Positions 60,779 to 64,000 of a DNA stretch of 64,000 nt are shown here, piece after piece (position 1 is the stretch's first letter; every line of letters begins with the position of its first letter). Source of the stretch: Clostridiales bacterium (GTDB lineage Bacteria > Bacillota > Clostridia > Tissierellales > GPF-1). The translations under genes were made by a program, and so were the position numbers. The stretch spans positions 11,511-75,510 of the forward strand of contig JABXKS010000002.1 of the NCBI GenBank assembly GCA_013619125.1, given 5' to 3'. The notes beneath the pieces were generated by a model that saw only the letters and a list, made by a program, of their open reading frames with translations, ran no database searches and had not been told where the DNA came from.

Positions 60779-61219
60779 ATGAAAGCAATTCATTTTCGTG
60801 AATTATTGTTCCGTTTGGTATATAGTGGTTTTTTTGAGGTCGAAAAAGCCGATTTTTCTCAATTGCTCGTGTTGTGCCAAGAAGAGTTGGACACCCAGGT
60901 AAGTGAGAAAGATCAAGAGCGTTTGCAAAAGGCTTATCTATGGATTTCAGAGCGCCGCTATGATATTCAATATAGTTATGAAGCCTATTTGGAGAATTGG
61001 ACCTTTGAACGATTGACAAAGGTTGACGGCAGCTTGCTACTGGTTGCGGCATATGAGCTTTCGGAGCGTGATGACGCTCCCTACGCAGTTGTAATCAATG
61101 AGGCAATTGAGCTTGCCAAAAAGTATGGCGGGGAAGGATCCTCGAAATTTATCAATGGTGTATTGGCAGGGTTTGTGAAGGGGAACGGGTATGCAGAAAC
61201 GACTCTTTCTCGGGATTGA
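60779..61219 (+). CDS. nusB: transcription antitermination factor NusB
   Basis: W..ERL..VD..LL.VA.YEL...[27 protein letters not shown]. Confidence 0.93.
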   Translation: MKAIHFRELLFRLVYSGFFEVEKADFSQLLVLCQEELDTQVSEKDQERLQKAYLWISERRYDIQYSYEAYLENWTFERLTKVDGSLLLVAAYELSERDDAPYAVVINEAIELAKKYGGEGSSKFINGVLAGFVKGNGYAETTLSRD

Positions 61220-62150
61220 TACAAGTGCATATACAACCTCACTGGTTGTGCTCGATGAGAATCAACAGATCCTTTTTCAAGAGAAAAAGGTTTTGCTGGT
61301 TCCAGAGGGAAAACGGGGGCTTCGACAACAGGAGGCCCTTTTTCAGCATATTCAAAACCTCCCGTGCTTGATCGAAGCGGCAGCGCCCACTTTGCGTAGG
61401 GGACAGGTTAAGGGAATTGCAGTATCAGCCAAACCGAGAGATACGTTGGATTCGTACATGCCGGTTTTTGAGGCGGGAATTGCATTCGCGAAATCACTTG
61501 CTGCCATTTATGAGGCGCCTATTCATCTGATTTCTCATCAGATGAATCATCTGTATGCCGCTGATTTTTTTGAACGTATTGCACCAAAACCTTGTCTGGT
61601 CTTTCATCTATCCGGTGGGACAACCGAGATCCTCGATTTGAGCCATTGGTCTGAAGGAGGAGCGAGTTTGATCGGAGGAACCAAGGACATTAGTTTTGGG
61701 CAATTGATCGATCGAATCGGTGTATCCCTAAGGGGAGAATTCCCTGCAGGTCCTTGGTTGGATCAAATGGCACTTGAGGGAACTCCGAAGAAAACTAGAA
61801 ATCGAATTCATCGTGTTGAGGACTGGTGGAATCTGTCTGGTATCGAAACTTGGTTTCAAAATCAAATGATTGGTCAGGAATCGACAGAGACCATTGCTGC
61901 AACTCTTTTTTCCCATATTGCTGAATCCTTAGCAGAGATGATTCGGTATGAGGCGGAAAAAACGAACCGCCAGACGGTCATCCTGGTCGGGGGTGTGGCA
62001 GAGAGTCGAGCGATTCGTGAGACGCTTTCCAGCCAATTGGTTGATCTGAACCTGGCGTTGATTTTTGTGCGTGGTACCTATTCGGCGGATCATGCATTGG
62101 GATGTGCTTGGTATGCATGGAGGAAATGGAATGAATCCGTTACAGGTTAG
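61191..62150 (+). CDS. TsaD/Kae1-like ASKHA protein (O-sialoglycoprotein endopeptidase-like paralogue)
   Basis: LGIDTS.YTTS, HxxxH (HQMNH), [30 protein letters not shown]. Confidence 0.85.
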   Translation: MQKRLFLGIDTSAYTTSLVVLDENQQILFQEKKVLLVPEGKRGLRQQEALFQHIQNLPCLIEAAAPTLRRGQVKGIAVSAKPRDTLDSYMPVFEAGIAFAKSLAAIYEAPIHLISHQMNHLYAADFFERIAPKPCLVFHLSGGTTEILDLSHWSEGGASLIGGTKDISFGQLIDRIGVSLRGEFPAGPWLDQMALEGTPKKTRNRIHRVEDWWNLSGIETWFQNQMIGQESTETIAATLFSHIAESLAEMIRYEAEKTNRQTVILVGGVAESRAIRETLSSQLVDLNLALIFVRGTYSADHALGCAWYAWRKWNESVTG

Positions 62151-63303
62151 TCAGATAAATTATTATATTGAAGAGCACCTGAGAACAGATCCTGTGCTTA
62201 GAAAGATTCGAGTCATTGGTGAAATGGTGAATCTTCGGCAGACGAACAAGTGGTTGTTTTTTCATTTGAAAGATGAAGGAGCGATGCTGGCCTGTGTTTC
62301 GTTTCAGCCGATTGAAGAAGTTTTTCAGGAGGGAAATGAATATATTGTCACGGGTGCTGTGCGATACTACAGCAAGCGGGGAACGCTGAGGCTTCATGTT
62401 GAAACTATTGAGATTTCTAAAAAGGAAGAACGAGAAATCCAACGAAGCCTCCAATTTGAAGAAATGAAAAAAAAGGGTCTCTTTGTCAATCAGAGAGGAT
62501 TGAGAAAATATCCGACAAGGATTGGTTTGATCACTTCGAAGGACGGGGCGGCCATCGATGACGTTCGCAAAAATATCGAACGTCGCTATCCCTTTGTCGA
62601 ATTATTGGTCGCGCCTGTTTTGGTGCAGGGTAATCAGGCGGCTACGGCCATCCAGGCGGCGTTTCGACAGATTGCAAGCCATAAGCTGGATTGTGTGATT
62701 TTAACGCGTGGCGGAGGGGATACGAGCGATCTTGAGGTCTTTGACGATATCCGGGTCGTGCGCGCTGTATTTGATTCAAAGGTTCCGGTGATTGCGGCGA
62801 TCGGTCATGAAAAGGATTGGACTTTTGCAGAATTTGCAGCCGATGCACGAGCATCGACACCCACTGGTGCCGCAGAGCTTGTTGTTCCAACGATGCCACA
62901 AATTCGTCAAAGGCTTTCTGAGGAACAATGGAAGGCACGGATTGAAATTAGTTTTCAAATGAAACAGATAGAATCTCAGCAGTCTAAACATCAACGCTTG
63001 ATGACAAGAGAGATCGAACGACGGATCAATCGAGTAGACAATCAGTTTTCGACGCAACGCAATCGTGTGTTTCGCGAGTGTGTGAATCGCTTGGAACTGT
63101 GGAATCAACTACTGACGGATTCTCGTGAGATGGAATCGTCCCTTTCGAAGCGAGGGGAGCCTTTTTACTTTCTGATTCAAGATGAAAACAAACAATTTGT
63201 ACGAAATGATAAACTACTGCCAGTAGGCGTGTATGAGCTGCATGGAGAAGTAGGAAATCAAAAAATTCTTCTGGTTGAGGAGGAGCAGGATGGAAACCTA
63301 TAA
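62131..63303 (+). CDS. xseA: exodeoxyribonuclease VII large subunit
   Basis: IGLITS..GAAI.DV, VQG.QA, ILTRGGG...DL.VF, PVIAAIGHEKD, ADARASTPTGAAE. Confidence 0.95.
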   Translation: MNPLQVSQINYYIEEHLRTDPVLRKIRVIGEMVNLRQTNKWLFFHLKDEGAMLACVSFQPIEEVFQEGNEYIVTGAVRYYSKRGTLRLHVETIEISKKEEREIQRSLQFEEMKKKGLFVNQRGLRKYPTRIGLITSKDGAAIDDVRKNIERRYPFVELLVAPVLVQGNQAATAIQAAFRQIASHKLDCVILTRGGGDTSDLEVFDDIRVVRAVFDSKVPVIAAIGHEKDWTFAEFAADARASTPTGAAELVVPTMPQIRQRLSEEQWKARIEISFQMKQIESQQSKHQRLMTREIERRINRVDNQFSTQRNRVFRECVNRLELWNQLLTDSREMESSLSKRGEPFYFLIQDENKQFVRNDKLLPVGVYELHGEVGNQKILLVEEEQDGNL

Positions 63304-63496
63304 ACGATTTGATGAAATTTTTAAAGAGATTGAGGAACTGAATCGAGAGTTAAAGGAAAATGAAGCCATGGATTTGAGTGTGATGATGGAGAAGGCGAAG
63401 CGATTAAGGATGTTGACTCATGAAGGAAATCGAATTCTGGATACAGCAAAGCGAGAAATCAACACCATATTTTTAGATGCGGAGGATACTGAGTGA
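63290..63496 (+). CDS. xseB: exodeoxyribonuclease VII small subunit, divergent
   Basis: 68-aa helical ORF (F.E...EIEE....L......L...M.......L......IL..A..EI) between xseA and ispA. Confidence 0.75.
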   Translation: METYKRFDEIFKEIEELNRELKENEAMDLSVMMEKAKRLRMLTHEGNRILDTAKREINTIFLDAEDTE

Positions 63497-64000
63497 TGAA
63501 TCGTGCACCCTTTGAAAACTTTTTGTCGGAGGCGATTCCAGAGCGATCAAGCTATGAAGCGCCAGTCACCCGAGCCATGCGGTATAGTCTGCTGGCGGGA
63601 GGCAAACGCATCCGTCCTTCCTTGATGGTTGCAGCGTACCGATTATTTCAAGACCAAGAAGCGGAGGTTTATCCTTATGCGGCGGCTTTGGAAATGATTC
63701 ACACCTATTCCTTAATTCATGATGACCTGCCTGCAATGGACGATGACGATCTCAGGCGCGGTCGCCCTTCCTGTCATATTGCACATGGAGAGGCAAATGC
63801 TATTTTGGCCGGTGATGGATTGCTGAATCAGGCAATGGAACTGGTTGTGTCGGCGGGATTGAATGCAAAAGACCCAAGACAGGCTTTGCGTGCAGCCCAT
63901 TCTCTTTTTACGGCGGCAGGCATTCAAGGGATGATTGGCGGTCAATCGGCTGATCTTCTTTTTGAAGGAAAAGAAGCGCAAGAGCAGGATTTGATCTTTA
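63496..64000 (+). CDS. ispA: farnesyl diphosphate synthase / geranyltranstransferase, N-terminal part (runs off the window; not in ORF track)
   Basis: My translation from ATG 63496: AMRYSLLAGGKRIRP, ALEMIHTYSLIHDDLPAMDDDDLRRGRPSCH, AILAGDGL, GMIGGQ. Confidence 0.96.
   Translation, partial: MNRAPFENFLSEAIPERSSYEAPVTRAMRYSLLAGGKRIRPSLMVAAYRLFQDQEAEVYPYAAALEMIHTYSLIHDDLPAMDDDDLRRGRPSCHIAHGEANAILAGDGLLNQAMELVVSAGLNAKDPRQALRAAHSLFTAAGIQGMIGGQSADLLFEGKEAQEQDLIF

Overview
A 64-kb stretch of core chromosome from a Clostridia-like Firmicute. All recognised genes are on the + strand except rqcH. In order it holds: the end of the dcw cluster (mraY-murD-SEDS-murG-ftsQ-2xDUF881-sbp-ftsZ, with no ftsA), nrdR-rarA, an RseC/CsoR-family pair, glyA, der-plsY-gpsA, the yggS-sepF-ylmH-divIVA cluster, lspA-rluD-pyrR, rqcH, yloC-remA-gmk-rpoZ-coaBC-priA-def-fmt-rsmB-rlmN-stp-pknB-rsgA-rpe, a TPP riboswitch-thiT-thiN unit, alaS-ireB-AKR-ruvX-fur-rnj, mltG-trmR-trhP-udk-yqeG, a 12-gene type IV pilus operon, and aroK-efp-asp23-nusB-tsaD-like-xseAB-ispA (partial). 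I found no tRNA, rRNA, CRISPR array or mobile element. Most of the window is ordinary housekeeping DNA, and I cannot support a wholly new system from it. The best leads are: (1) a retractile type IV pilus operon with a perfect sigma-A promoter, a tandem MshEN c-di-GMP motif on PilB, five minor pilins and no major pilin; (2) a His-less, CstR-like CsoR-family repressor paired with a Cys-rich RseC protein behind a G-tract operator; (3) clean absence of sporulation genes at several conserved loci while the spoVE-position SEDS gene is kept; (4) a thiT cassette that places thiN under TPP riboswitch control; (5) an rsmB gene with no canonical start codon at its expected N-terminus. Gene calls come from motif recognition and gene order only; no database search was run. 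Start coordinates were adjusted from the ORF track where a ribosome binding site (RBS) supported it.
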